Shown: positions 41,521 to 52,574, counted from the stretch's first letter. The stretch: 64,000 bases of DNA from Alphaproteobacteria bacterium (GCA_050246875.1 JBFWVF010000005.1:192212-256211); one strand, 5' to 3'. A program made the numbers and translations. Notes: generated by a model from the letters alone, not told the origin.

Positions 41521-42471
41521 ATGGCGCACCACCACCTGCCGTCGAAGCCCGAGAACATCCACTGGGGCTCCTTCTCGGCGCAGCATCGCCCGGTGCTGGA
41601 GATCGCCTCGGGCGACCGCGTCACCATCGACACCATCTCCGGCGGGCGCGACCAGTTGCCGACGGAAAAGGGCGACTGGCACTACCTGCCCGACCACCTC
41701 GCCTATCTCGAGGTCGGCAAGCCGGCGATGCGCGGCCACATCATGACCGGCCCCATCGCGGTCAAGGGCGCGAAGGCCGGCAGCGTGCTGGAGGTGCGCG
41801 TCCTCGACGTGAAGCTGCGCCAGGACTGGGCGTGGAACATCATCATGCCGCTGCGCGGCTCGCTGCCGCACGACTTCAAGCAGGAGCGGCGCATGACCAT
41901 CCGCCTCGACATCGCCCGCAACAAGGCGATCATGCCGTGGGGCGTCGAGCTGGAGTGCAGCCCGTTCTTCGGCGTCATGGGCGTGGCGCCGCCGCCCAAC
42001 TGGGGCGAGATCAGTTCGATCCAGCCGCGCGCCCATGGCGGCAACCTCGACATCAAGGCCATGGTCGCCGGCTCGACCCTCTACCTGCCGGTGTGGAACG
42101 ACGGCGCCCTGTTCTCCTGCGGCGACGGCCATGCCGTGCAGGGCGACGGCGAGGTCTGCCTGTCGGCGGCCGAGACGGCGCTGACCGGCACCTTCGAGTT
42201 CCACGTCCGCGACGACATGAAGCTGGAGATGCCGCAGGCCGAGACGCCGACCGACTACGTCACCATCGGCATCGACCCCGACCTCGACGACGCGGCACAG
42301 ATGGCGCTGCGGGCGATGATCGACCTCGTCTGCTCGAAGACCAACCTCGCGCGCGAGGACGCCTTTACGCTGATGAGTCTGGCCGCCGACACCCATGTCT
42401 CGCAGCTCGTCAACGAGAACAAGGGCATCCATGTGATGCTGCCGAAGGCGGCGGTGCACGGGGCGAAGTAG
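41521..42471 (+). CDS. Acetamidase/formamidase (FmdA/AmdA) family protein
   Basis: …GGNLDIKAMVAGSTLYLPVWNDGALFSCGDGHAVQGDGEV… family signature; 316 aa. Confidence 0.8.
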   Translation: MAHHHLPSKPENIHWGSFSAQHRPVLEIASGDRVTIDTISGGRDQLPTEKGDWHYLPDHLAYLEVGKPAMRGHIMTGPIAVKGAKAGSVLEVRVLDVKLRQDWAWNIIMPLRGSLPHDFKQERRMTIRLDIARNKAIMPWGVELECSPFFGVMGVAPPPNWGEISSIQPRAHGGNLDIKAMVAGSTLYLPVWNDGALFSCGDGHAVQGDGEVCLSAAETALTGTFEFHVRDDMKLEMPQAETPTDYVTIGIDPDLDDAAQMALRAMIDLVCSKTNLAREDAFTLMSLAADTHVSQLVNENKGIHVMLPKAAVHGAK

Positions 42472-42536
42472 TCCACGGAGTCGAAAAGCCGCGTGGCGGA
42501 ACAACAAGAATCGGGCCCGACGCCGTGAAGCACATC

Positions 42537-43346
42537 ATGCAGGGCTGCAGCCGCGTGCCGGCGCTCGGCTTCGGCACCTTCCGCATGCAGGGCGAAGAGT
42601 GCCGCGAGGCGGTGCGCTGCGCGCTGGAGACCGGCTACCGCCACATCGATACCGCGCAGGCCTACGGCAACGAGGCCGAGGTCGGCGCCGCGCTGGAGGA
42701 TGTCGGCCTGCCGCGCGAGCAGGTGTTCCTCACCACCAAGTGCCACAAGGACCACCTGACGGCGCCGGAGGTGGCGCGCTGGTTCGACAGCAGCCTGCGG
42801 GCGCTGCGCACCGACCACGTCGACCTGCTGCTGATCCACTGGCCAAGCACGAAGACGCCGCTGGGCGAGACGCTCGACGCCATGCGGGCGCTGCAGGCGA
42901 CGGGCAAGGTGAAGCACATCGGCGTCTCCAACTTTCCCGTGGCGCTGCTGCGCGAGGCGATCGAGACGCACAAGGCGCGGCTGTTCACCAACCAGATCGA
43001 GTACCATCCGCTGCTGGTGCAGCCGGCGCTCACCGACTACGTCTTCCGCCACGGCATGCTGCTGACCGGCCACTCGCCGCTGGCCACCGGCCGGCTCGTC
43101 GACCACCCCGTCCTCGCCGCCATCGGCGCCCGCTACGGCAAGTCGGCGACGCAGGTGGCGATCCGCTGGCAGCTCGAGCAGGACAAGGTGATCGTGCTGC
43201 CCAAGTCGCAAACCCCGGCGCGCATCGGCGAGAACTTCGACGTCTTCGACTTCGCCCTCGACGAGGACGACATGGCGGCCATCGCCGCCCTGCCCGGCAA
43301 CCAGCGCGGCGTCAACCCGCCCTGGGCGCCGGCGTGGGACGAGTGA
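42537..43346 (+). CDS. Aldo/keto reductase
   Basis: …VPALGFGTFRM…, …RHIDTAQAYGNE…, …LLLIHWP… AKR catalytic tetrad region; 269 aa. Confidence 0.85.
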   Translation: MQGCSRVPALGFGTFRMQGEECREAVRCALETGYRHIDTAQAYGNEAEVGAALEDVGLPREQVFLTTKCHKDHLTAPEVARWFDSSLRALRTDHVDLLLIHWPSTKTPLGETLDAMRALQATGKVKHIGVSNFPVALLREAIETHKARLFTNQIEYHPLLVQPALTDYVFRHGMLLTGHSPLATGRLVDHPVLAAIGARYGKSATQVAIRWQLEQDKVIVLPKSQTPARIGENFDVFDFALDEDDMAAIAALPGNQRGVNPPWAPAWDE

Positions 43347-43381
43347 ACGCGGCACGACATCACAAGAACAAGACCGAGGGG

Positions 43382-44218
43382 ATGCACATGGCCGACAGGC
43401 TGGCCGGCAAGATCGCCATCGTGACCGGCGCGGGGTCCATCGGCCCCGGCTGGGGCAACGGCAAGGCGGCGGCGGTGCTGTTCGCGCGCGAGGGCGCGAA
43501 GGTGCTGCTGGTCGACCGCAACCGCGACGCCGCCGAGGAAACCGCCGCCATCATCCGCGGCGAGGGCGGCACTTGCGCCGTCCATGCCGCCGACGTGGCC
43601 ACGGCCGAGGGCTGCGAGGGCATGGTGGCCGCCTGCGTCGAGGCCTGGGGCCGGCTCGACGTGCTGCACAACAACGTCGGCATCCTCGCCCAGGGCGGCG
43701 CGGTCGAGCACACGCTGGCCGACTGGGAGCGCGTCACCGCGGTCAACCTGACCAGCGTCTTCCTCGGCTGCAAGTACGCCATCCCGCGGATGATCGCGAA
43801 CGGCGGCGGCTCGATCATCAACCTGTCGTCGATCGCGTCCAACCACCACCTCGGCCACGCCTATGTCAGCTATCCGACGACCAAGGCGGCCATCAACCAG
43901 TTCACGAAAGTGACGGCGGCGCAGTACGGCAAGCACAACATCCGGGTGAACGCCATCCTGCCCGGCTTCATCCGCACGCCGATGGTCGAGATGACGGTGG
44001 TCGACGCCTTCAAGGGCAAGGCGCGTCTCGACGACGCCGAGCGCGAGCGCACGATCACCGAGTACCTCGCCAAGCGCAACGCACAGATCCCGCTCGGCCG
44101 CTGGGGCGAGGGCTGGGACGTGGCCAGGGCCGCGCTGTTCCTCGCCTCGGACGACAGCGCCTACATCAGCGGCGTGCTGCTGCCGGTCGACGGCGGCGCC
44201 GCCGGCATGCTGGCGTAG
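43382..44218 (+). CDS. SDR-family oxidoreductase
   Basis: IAIVTGAGSIGPGWG, NNVG, YVSYPTTKAA; alternative start at 43388. Confidence 0.85.
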   Translation: MHMADRLAGKIAIVTGAGSIGPGWGNGKAAAVLFAREGAKVLLVDRNRDAAEETAAIIRGEGGTCAVHAADVATAEGCEGMVAACVEAWGRLDVLHNNVGILAQGGAVEHTLADWERVTAVNLTSVFLGCKYAIPRMIANGGGSIINLSSIASNHHLGHAYVSYPTTKAAINQFTKVTAAQYGKHNIRVNAILPGFIRTPMVEMTVVDAFKGKARLDDAERERTITEYLAKRNAQIPLGRWGEGWDVARAALFLASDDSAYISGVLLPVDGGAAGMLA

Positions 44219-44229
44219 GGCGTGGCGCT

Positions 44230-44280
44230 TCATCCTTCGACAGGCTCAGGATGAGGTCTTCATGGTGAGCCTGTCGAACC
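44230..44280. repeat. MITE-like inverted-repeat element, copy D (short form)
   Basis: TCATCCTTCGACAGGCTCAGGATGAGG tcttcat GGTGAGCCTGTCGAACC; the same left arm as copies A-C with a truncated right arm. Confidence 0.7.
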
Positions 44281-44305
44281 ACGAGTCCTGATCCCGGAGA
44301 CCACG

Positions 44306-45088
<783 letters not shown>

Positions 45089-45130
45089 GAGCCAGGGTGG
45101 GAGGGCAGGAGAAGGTCGGCCCGGCGCTCG

Positions 45131-45868
45131 CTACTCCGCCGCAAGGGCGCCGAGCTGGCCCGCCGCCGGCACGTCGCCGGCAATCTCCAGCACCAGCTTC
45201 TTCAGCACGGCGTCGGAGAAGGTCACCTCGCGGCCGGCGGTGATGACGAAGGCGCCCGGGCCGCCGATGATGTCGTTGCGGAAATGGTCCTCCAGCGGCA
45301 TGCCCTGGTAGGGCCGCGTCGAGCCCTGGCGGGCGATGGCGAGGCCGTTGATGGTGATGCCGTCGGCGAGCGCCTCGGCGCGCGTCACGGCCAGCGGCCG
45401 TCCGCCGTAGTTGCCGGCATCGGCCGACACGTCGATGACCTTGCGCGTGCCCTCGATGTCGTTGGTCTCGATGATGTTGCGGGCGAAGTCGATGGCGTTG
45501 GCGATCGAGTTGTAGCCGACGGCGGCGCGCGGCGTCGTCCGCAGCGTTTCGGCGAAGGCAGCCGCCGCGACCGGCCCGTCGATGATCGTCCAGTCGGCGA
45601 TGACGTGCTGCGAATGCGCGGCGCCCCACTCGACATAGGCGACGGCGATGCGGCCGAGCATGCCGGAGCGGATCGCCCCCTGCACGTCGGGGTGCATCAG
45701 CGCCGCGCCGTAGCCCTCGCGCTGCAGCGCCAGCTCGGCATCGTCGATGGAGCCGGAGCCGTCGGCGGCGAGCACCAGTTCGAGGTCGACCGCCTCAGCC
45801 GCGGCAGCCGGCCCGCCGGCGAGACCGGTCAGCAGGGCGGCGGCGAGGATCGGGCGGAACGCGCGCAT
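45131..45868 (-). CDS. DUF1194 (vWA-like) domain protein, secreted
   Basis: Signal peptide, …ELVLAADGSGSIDDAE… MIDAS-like motif, …VAYVEWGAA… typical of DUF1194. Confidence 0.65.
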   Translation of the reverse strand: MRAFRPILAAALLTGLAGGPAAAAEAVDLELVLAADGSGSIDDAELALQREGYGAALMHPDVQGAIRSGMLGRIAVAYVEWGAAHSQHVIADWTIIDGPVAAAAFAETLRTTPRAAVGYNSIANAIDFARNIIETNDIEGTRKVIDVSADAGNYGGRPLAVTRAEALADGITINGLAIARQGSTRPYQGMPLEDHFRNDIIGGPGAFVITAGREVTFSDAVLKKLVLEIAGDVPAAGQLGALAAE

Positions 45869-45911
45869 GGCGGAACGATAGCATGCGCGACGGCCGGCAG
45901 AACCGCCGCCG

Positions 45912-46532
45912 TCACGCCGTCGCGCTGTCGTGAAGGACCGGGCGATAGCCGGCGGCGAGCGCCGCCACCGTCGGCGCCGGCGTCAGCACCGCGACCGTCG
46001 CGTCGGTCGCGCATGCCTGCGCCGCGCGGTAGCCGCCGGGCGACCACGGCAGCAGCCGTGTTCCGAGGACGAGGCAGGGCCCCTGCCCCGCGTCGACGAA
46101 GGTGCCGTCCGGCAGCCCGGCCAGCCGCGCCGGGAACCGCCGCTGCGCGCGGCGGCGCGGCACGAGGCGGGCGGCGTGCAGCGCACGGTCGAGGTCGGCG
46201 GCGCCGCGCACACCGTCGCCGGTGCCGGTGCGCCAGGCGGCGAGGAAGCCGAGCCAGTCAGCCCGCCGGCACTCGGCGCAGGGGCGATGTCCGGCGGCCA
46301 GCGCCACCCCCTCGTCGAGGAAGAACAGCTCGGTGTAGCGTCCAGGCGTCATCGGCACGCGGCTCCGGCCGCGGAACGCCGTCAGGCAGACGATCCAGTG
46401 CGGATGGCGCCAGCGCGGCGTGCCGAGGCGGCGCGCGCCGTCGTGCAGGATGCCGCGGTTGCCCATGAACAGGCCGCGCGCCGGATGTGCGATGATGTCG
46501 CCGGTCGGGGCGACGCGGTTCTGCAACGGCAT
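45912..46532 (-). CDS. Conserved hypothetical protein
   Basis: MPLQNRVAPTGDIIAHPARGLFMGNRGILHD…YTELFFLDEGVALAAGHRPCAECRR…. No domain recognised; start at 46532 or 46550. Confidence 0.45.
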   Translation of the reverse strand: MPLQNRVAPTGDIIAHPARGLFMGNRGILHDGARRLGTPRWRHPHWIVCLTAFRGRSRVPMTPGRYTELFFLDEGVALAAGHRPCAECRRADWLGFLAAWRTGTGDGVRGAADLDRALHAARLVPRRRAQRRFPARLAGLPDGTFVDAGQGPCLVLGTRLLPWSPGGYRAAQACATDATVAVLTPAPTVAALAAGYRPVLHDSATA

Positions 46533-46623
46533 GGCGGCTCCCGGTGGCACGCGAGGCTAGCCTGCCCCGGCGGCGGCGGCCATGGGACCGTGGCCATCGG
46601 CGGGGCCGCGGGCGGAGGCGGGC

Positions 46624-46926
46624 ATGGGCGGCATCGTCGGCGCGTTGTGGCGGGGCGAGGTTCCCCTCGCCCGCGCCTTCTGGGACCACATGCTGCTGCG
46701 CGGCACGCTGCTCAACCTGACGGCGACGGTGGCGGCGCTGATCCTGCTCGCCAGCGGCGTCCCGACGGCGGTCGTCGCGGCCGTCAACTTCGCGCCGGTG
46801 CCGTGGAATTTCGTGCTGCTGGTTGCAGTCTGGCGCGCGGCGGCACGCCATGACGGCCCGGCCGAACGCCGGAGCGCCGCCCGCCTCGCCGCCGCCATCT
46901 GGTTCGTCGTCGCCATCGCGTTGTGA
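46624..46926 (+). CDS. Small hypothetical membrane protein (3 TM)
   Basis: MGGIVGALWRGEVPLARAFWDHMLLRGTLLNLTATVAALILLASGV…IWFVVAIAL; start uncertain (46582 or 46624). Confidence 0.4.
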   Translation: MGGIVGALWRGEVPLARAFWDHMLLRGTLLNLTATVAALILLASGVPTAVVAAVNFAPVPWNFVLLVAVWRAAARHDGPAERRSAARLAAAIWFVVAIAL

Positions 46927-46932
46927 GACCGG

Positions 46933-46952
46933 CCTGTGAGGCGCCTCACAGG
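46933..46952. terminator. Perfect palindrome CCTGTGAGG-CG-CCTCACAGG (candidate bidirectional terminator)
   Basis: 9-bp arms 6 nt after the membrane-protein stop, followed by GTTGTCCGTTCC. Confidence 0.4.
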
Positions 46953-47021
46953 CGTTGTCCGTTCCTGCCCCTAGGTTGAGGGCGGCGGCAGGTCCGGCCG
47001 CGCAGCCTCGCGGAGGTCCCG

Positions 47022-47336
47022 ATGCGTCCGTTGCGTCAAATCCTGCTGCCTCTCGCCCTCCTCGTCGGCATCGCGGCGGCGCCGGCCTGCGTGCCGGTGG
47101 CCCTGCAGGGTGCCGGCCAGATCCTCAGCAGCATCGCCGCGCTGATCGACTTCTCCAGCGCCTTCAACCGCCAACGCCTGCTCGACCGCTCGAAGCCGCA
47201 GGACAAGGTGGCGAGCGTCTGCGACACGCCCATCGGCCAGTGCCCGCTGGGCGCGCCGCAGGTCGAGGACCTCGCCTGCCAGTGCACCACCGACAAGGGC
47301 GTCCTCGTCGACGGGCTGACGCGCAAGACACCGTAG
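47022..47336 (+). CDS. Small secreted Cys-rich hypothetical protein
   Basis: Signal peptide MRPLRQILLPLALLVGIAAAPA, mature part with 4-5 Cys (…VCDTPIGQCPLGAPQVEDLACQCTTDKG…). Confidence 0.45.
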   Translation: MRPLRQILLPLALLVGIAAAPACVPVALQGAGQILSSIAALIDFSSAFNRQRLLDRSKPQDKVASVCDTPIGQCPLGAPQVEDLACQCTTDKGVLVDGLTRKTP

Positions 47337-47458
47337 CGGCGGGCAACGCCGGATCCCGGACCGGCGTAGTTCCCGGCAGCATCGCGGCTCAGCCAAGATG
47401 GCCGCAGCGCCGGACCGCGCGGGCCGCTAGACTTGCACCGGTGGCGCGGGGATCCGGG

Positions 47459-50400
47459 ATGGACGTTGCGGGCTGGCTCAAGGCCATCGGGCTTGCGAGG
47501 TACGAGCAGACCTTCCGCGAGCAGGCCATCGACATGGACGTGCTCCCGGCGCTCGACGACGCCCATCTCCGGGAACTCGGTGTGCCGCTGGGCGACAGGC
47601 TGCGCCTGTTGAAGGCCATCGCCGGGCTGCAGGAAGCCAGCGCCACCATTCCGTCTCCGCAAGCGCGCGGCGTGGACATTCCGCCGGCTGCGGCGTCCGC
47701 ACCCGATGGCGAGCGCCGCCAGGTCACCGTCGTCTTCGCCGATCTGGTCGGCTTCACCTCCCTGAGCAACGCGGTCGACGCCGAGGAGGTTCACGGACTG
47801 CTCGGGCACTTCTTCGAGCGTGCCGACCGCATCGTCGAAGCGCATGGCGGGCATGTCGACAAGCATATCGGCGACTGCGTGATGGCGGTCTTCGGCGCGC
47901 CGGTCGCCCATGGCAACGATGCCGAGCGGGCCGTCCGGGCGGCGCTGGCGATCCGCGCGGCGATGCCGGGACTGGCGGCGCAGATCGGCCGGCCGGTCGA
48001 CGTGCATGTCGGTATCGCCGGCGGTCAGGTCGTCGCCAGCAGCACCGGCAGCACCAGCCATCAGGAATACACGGTCACCGGCGAGACGGTTAACCTCGCG
48101 GCGCGCCTGACCGAGGCCGCCCGCGCCGGCGAAATCCTGCTGTCCGACCACGTGCGCCAGCAGTTGCCGGGCCGCCTCGCGGTCGACGATGCCGGGCAGC
48201 TTGCGGTCAAGGGGTTCGCCCGGCCGGTCGCTGCGTGGCGGCTGTCCGGATTGCGCCAGGGCGGCGAAGCCGCCGGCCCGCCCCTCGTCGGTCGCACCGC
48301 GCAACTGGGGCAGTGCCGGGCGTTGCTCGGCTCCGGGCGCGAGTCCCGGCGTGGCCATCTGGTCTACATCCGGGGCGAGGCCGGAATCGGCAAGTCGCGG
48401 CTGGTCGAGGAGATCCGCAAGGAGGCTGCGGGGCTCGGTTACGTCTGCACCACCACGCTCATCCTCGACTTCGGGGCCGGCGCCGGCCACGAGCCACTCA
48501 CGAACATTGTGCGCGGACTGCTGGATATCGACGTGGCGGCCGACGATCGGGCGGTGCGCGCGGCGGTCGAACAGGCGCTCGAAGACGGGGCCGTCGCACC
48601 GGCCGACGCGGTCTTTCTCTATCATCTGCTGGCCGTCCTGCCGCCGCCGTCGCTGGGAAGCCATTACGAGGCGATGGATGTCGCGACCCGTCGCGATGGC
48701 GGCGACAGGGTTGTCGCCGCCCTGCTCCGCCATGCTGCCGCACGGCATCCCCGCCTGCTCGTGGTGGAGGACCTGCACTGGGCCGACCCGGTGTTCCTCG
48801 CGCAATTGGCCAGCCTGGCCGCGGCGGTGTCCGAGTGCCCGGCCATGCTGGTCATGACGTCACGCGTCGATGGCGATCCGGTCGACGGCGCGTGGCGGAG
48901 TGCGGCAAGCCACGCGTCCCTCGTCACGCTGGACCTCGCGCCTTTGAGTGGCGATGACGCGCTGGCGCTCGCCGGCGCGCTGACCGGCGCCGCGGGACCG
49001 CTGGCAGAGCGCTGTGTCGCGCGGGCCGCCGGCAATCCGCTGTTCCTCGAACAACTTCTCCGTCATACCGGGGAAAGCGCCGAAGCCGGCGTGCCCGGCT
49101 CCGTCCAGAGCCTCGTGCAGGCGCGCCTCGACCGTCTCGAAGCCGTCGACAGGGCCGTCCTCAAGGCGGCGTCCGTGCTCGGCCAGCGGTTCGATGTGGC
49201 GCTGCTCGCGATCCTCGTCGAGGGCTCGCCCGAGGACTCCCTCGAACGGGCGGCGGCGAGCTTCCTGATCCGGCGTCAGGGCGGAGATGCCTGCCTTTTC
49301 AGCCATGCCCTGATCCGCGACGGCATCTACGCGACGCTGCTGAAGAGCCAGCGGCGGAGCCTCCATCGCCGCGCCGCCGACTGGTTCGTCGACCGCGACC
49401 CCGTGCTGCGGGCCGAGCATCTCGACCGGGCCGAGGCTCCGGACGCGGACGCCGCCTACCTGGCGGCGGCGACAGCGCAGGCGGCGCAGTCCCGCCAGTC
49501 GTCGGCCCTGCGGCTGGTCGGCCGCGGCCTCGAGATCGCCGCCTCGGACGAGATGCGTTTCGCGCTGTCCTGCCTGCAGGGCGATCTCCTGCACGACCAG
49601 GGCAGCATGCGCGAGGCGAAGCAGTCCTATTCGGCCGCGGCGGAGGCCGCCGGTTCGGAGCGCGAGCGCTGCCGCGCCTGGATCGGCCTCGCCTCGGTCA
49701 AGCGCGTCACCGACGATCTCGACGGCGCCTTCGCCGACCTTGCCCGCGCCGAGGCGGCCGCCGGCGGGCAGGCCCACGACCGCGCGCGCATCGCCTTCCT
49801 GCGCGGGAACCTTCTATTCCCGCGAGGCGATATCGAAGGTTGCCTGCGCGAGCACAGCAGCAGCCTCGCGCTCGCCCGCGAGGCCGGGTCCGTGGAGACG
49901 GAGGCGGCGGCGCTGGGCGGTCTCGGCGACGCCGAGTACCTGCGCGGGCACCTGATCAGCGCGCACCGGAATTTCCGGCACTGCGTCGAGCTGAGCCGCC
50001 AGCACGGTCTTCTCAGGGTGGAGGCGGCCAACCGGCCGATGGCGGCGATATCGCGCTGGCTGGCGGGCGACGCGCAGGAGGGCGTGTTGCAGGATGCGCT
50101 GGAGGCGGTCGACGCGGCCCGGAGCCTCTTCCATTTGCGGGCGGAGATGGTGGCGCATCACGCAGTCTACCTGTGCAGCCGGGCGCTCATGGACCTGGAC
50201 CGGGCCGCGGCGAGCGTCGAACGTGCAATCGATATCGCGCGTACTCTCGGGGCGATGCGCTTCGTTGCCGAGGGCCTTGCCTTCCGCGCGGAGTTGCGGC
50301 GGCTGGCCGGCCGTGACGCCGAAGCGGCGGCGGATGTTGGCGAAGCGCTGGAGATAGGTCGGGCATCCGGCATGGCCTTCATCGGTCCGGTCATCCTGGG

Positions 50401-50836
50401 AACGAAGGCGCGCATCGCCGCCGATCCGGGCCTGCGGCGGCAGGCCATCGCGGAGGCCGAGGCGCTTCTGGCGGCCGGATCGCCGAGCCACAACCACCTG
50501 CTTTTTCGCCAGGACGCGATCGACGCCTGCCTGGCCGCCGGCGAGTGGAGCGAAGCCGCGCGGCTTGCGCGCGATCTGCTGGTCTACGCCGGCGCGGAAC
50601 CGATGCCATTGAGCAGTTTCGTGGCGGCGCGGGGAGCGGCGCTGGCCGCATTCGGCGGCGGCAGGCGCGACGGCGAACTGCATCGCCATCTTGCCGGCCT
50701 GCGCGACGAGGGCAAACGCCTGGGCCTGCTCATCGCCCTGCCCGAGATTCAGGCCGCGCTGGCCCGCTTCGAGGGGCCGGCCGCTGATGCGGGTGGCGCG
50801 GCGGCGGGGTCGACGGCCGCCGGGCCGCCGCGCTAG
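47459..50836 (+). CDS. Multidomain signalling protein: SAM domain - class III adenylate/guanylate cyclase (CHD) - AAA/STAND ATPase - TPR/helical C-terminus
   Basis: SAM (MDVAGWLKAIGLARYEQTFREQAIDMDVLPALDDAHLRELGV…), cyclase (RRQVTVVFADLVGFTSL…IGDCVMAVFGAP), P-loop (YIRGEAGIGKSRL), long TPR-like tail. 1125 aa. Confidence 0.85.
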   Translation: MDVAGWLKAIGLARYEQTFREQAIDMDVLPALDDAHLRELGVPLGDRLRLLKAIAGLQEASATIPSPQARGVDIPPAAASAPDGERRQVTVVFADLVGFTSLSNAVDAEEVHGLLGHFFERADRIVEAHGGHVDKHIGDCVMAVFGAPVAHGNDAERAVRAALAIRAAMPGLAAQIGRPVDVHVGIAGGQVVASSTGSTSHQEYTVTGETVNLAARLTEAARAGEILLSDHVRQQLPGRLAVDDAGQLAVKGFARPVAAWRLSGLRQGGEAAGPPLVGRTAQLGQCRALLGSGRESRRGHLVYIRGEAGIGKSRLVEEIRKEAAGLGYVCTTTLILDFGAGAGHEPLTNIVRGLLDIDVAADDRAVRAAVEQALEDGAVAPADAVFLYHLLAVLPPPSLGSHYEAMDVATRRDGGDRVVAALLRHAAARHPRLLVVEDLHWADPVFLAQLASLAAAVSECPAMLVMTSRVDGDPVDGAWRSAASHASLVTLDLAPLSGDDALALAGALTGAAGPLAERCVARAAGNPLFLEQLLRHTGESAEAGVPGSVQSLVQARLDRLEAVDRAVLKAASVLGQRFDVALLAILVEGSPEDSLERAAASFLIRRQGGDACLFSHALIRDGIYATLLKSQRRSLHRRAADWFVDRDPVLRAEHLDRAEAPDADAAYLAAATAQAAQSRQSSALRLVGRGLEIAASDEMRFALSCLQGDLLHDQGSMREAKQSYSAAAEAAGSERERCRAWIGLASVKRVTDDLDGAFADLARAEAAAGGQAHDRARIAFLRGNLLFPRGDIEGCLREHSSSLALAREAGSVETEAAALGGLGDAEYLRGHLISAHRNFRHCVELSRQHGLLRVEAANRPMAAISRWLAGDAQEGVLQDALEAVDAARSLFHLRAEMVAHHAVYLCSRALMDLDRAAASVERAIDIARTLGAMRFVAEGLAFRAELRRLAGRDAEAAADVGEALEIGRASGMAFIGPVILGTKARIAADPGLRRQAIAEAEALLAAGSPSHNHLLFRQDAIDACLAAGEWSEAARLARDLLVYAGAEPMPLSSFVAARGAALAAFGGGRRDGELHRHLAGLRDEGKRLGLLIALPEIQAALARFEGPAADAGGAAAGSTAAGPPR

Positions 50837-50848
50837 ATGGGCGGCGAC

Positions 50849-50938
50849 GGATGGGTGGCCGAGCGGTTTAAGGCACCGGTCTTGAAAACCGGCGGAGGTT
50901 CACGCCTCCCGTGGGTTCGAATCCCACCCCATCCGCCA
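50849..50938 (+). tRNA. tRNA-Ser (anticodon UGA)
   Basis: Acceptor stem GGATGGG/CCCATCC, D-arm GCCGAGCGGTTTAAGGC, anticodon loop CTTGAAA (UGA), long variable arm CGGAGGTTCACGCCTCCC, TΨC GGTTCGAATCC, discriminator G + CCA. Confidence 0.85.
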
Positions 50939-51035
50939 ATTGCATGTTCGGACGGATTTTGAGGCGTTCAGGCCCGTCCGCTGAATCGCAGGCGATCTGC
51001 GGCTCTCGCGAAGAACACTGTTCGCGCGCGTTCAA

Positions 51036-52379
51036 TTGCATCCAGCCAGATTAACCGATGGAACATGGGTCGAAGCATGGGCAGTCGACTTGGGCGGAAG
51101 GTTTTTCGTGGCCCGGACGAAGCACAGATTGCGGCCATTGCAGGTCAAGGCGCTGACCAAGCCCGGCCTCTACGCGGACGGCGGCGGGCTCTACCTCCGT
51201 GTTGCTCCGGGCGGCACGCGAGGTTGGATTTTCCGATGGGCGCGTGACGGCCGGACGCGCGATATGGGCCTTGGCTCGGTTGACGCGGTGTCGCTTGCAA
51301 AGGCCCGGGAGAAGGCGGACGCCTATCGAGCTCAGGCTGCCGACGGGATCGACCCGATCGAGGCGCGCAAGGGTGCACGCCTGGCGGCTGCCGTCGTCGC
51401 CGCGAGGACGAGCACGTTCGAGGAAGCTGCGCGATCCTGCGTGAAGGCACGTTCGGCGGGCTGGCGCGACCCGAAGCACGAGAAGCAGTGGGTCACCACG
51501 CTCGAGACATACGCCTTTCCGCACTTCGCATCGGTGCCGGTCGATCAGGTCGACGTCGCGATGGTGATGAAGGCGCTCGAGCCGATCTGGACGGAGAAGC
51601 CGGAGACGGCGAGCCGTGTCCGGGGTCGCATCGAGACGGTGCTCGACTGGGCGGCGGCGCGAGGCTACCGGAGCGGCGACAATCCGGCCCGGTGGCGCGG
51701 CCATCTGCAGAGCCTGTTGCCGCCGGCGAAAAAGGTGCGCCGAGTATAGCACCACGCCGCCCTGCCCTACGGTGAGGTTGGCAACTTCGTCGCCCAGGTC
51801 CGCAAGCAGGAAGGAGTGGCCGCGGCCGCGCTCGAATTCACCATCCTCACCGCCGCCCGTACCGGCGAGGTCATCGGCGCCCGCTGGCCGGAGATCGACC
51901 AGGCGAACAACGTCTGGACCATCCCGCCCGCGCGGACCAAGGCGGGCCGCGAGCATCGGATCCCGCTCTCCCGCCAAGCGCTCGCGGTACTGCACCGCAT
52001 GGCGCCGCTTCGACGTGACGATGGTTACGTCTTCCCTGGCCGCGACAAGGGCCGGCCACTCTCGAACATGGCGATGCTCGTGCTGCTCGAGCGCATGAAA
52101 CGGAACGATCTGACCGTGCATGGCTTCCGCTCGACGTTCCGGGACTGGACTGCCGAGCGCACGAACTTCCCGCAGCACGTCGCTGAGATGGCGCTGGGAC
52201 ACTCCATCCCCGATGCCGTTGAGGCTGCCTATCGCCGCGGCGAGCTGCTCCAGAAGCGACAGCAGCTTGCCCAGGGGTGGGGAGATTTCTGCGATCGCGC
52301 GCCGGCTGCCACCGTCGGCGACGTCGTGCCGATGAGCGAAGGCCAGCGACGGCGCCCAGAGGCGCAGGCGGCCGGCTAG
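51036..52379 (+). pseudogene. int: P4-type tyrosine integrase interrupted by an in-frame TAG (51747..51749)
   Basis: N-terminal Arm/DUF4102 (…LTKPGLYADGGGLYLRV…WIFRW…) and SAM-like domain; after the TAG the same frame continues HHAALPYGEVGNFVAQ… into the catalytic domain (R…HGFRSTFRDW…AYRRGE). The two ORF-track ORFs 51036..51749 and 51816..52379 are in the same frame. Confidence 0.8.
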
Positions 52380-52574
52380 ACCATCGGCGGGGATAGGCTC
52401 GCTACCGACAAGGCCGGAGACCGCGCCGGCCTTCCCCGTCGACCACTTCGCGGACGCCTGCGGAGGCGTTGGACATGAGCGTTAAGCCGGATGTCGCGCT
52501 GCTGGCCCGGCGATAGTTAGCCCTCGAACGCAGTATTTTTCCAACAGCCATAAAGTCGCCCAGCGCTTGGGCGG

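Noticed and set aside
47036-48805. 589-aa minus-strand ORF
   Set aside because: Antisense to the SAM-cyclase-ATPase gene, which has clear domain motifs; no recognisable features of its own.
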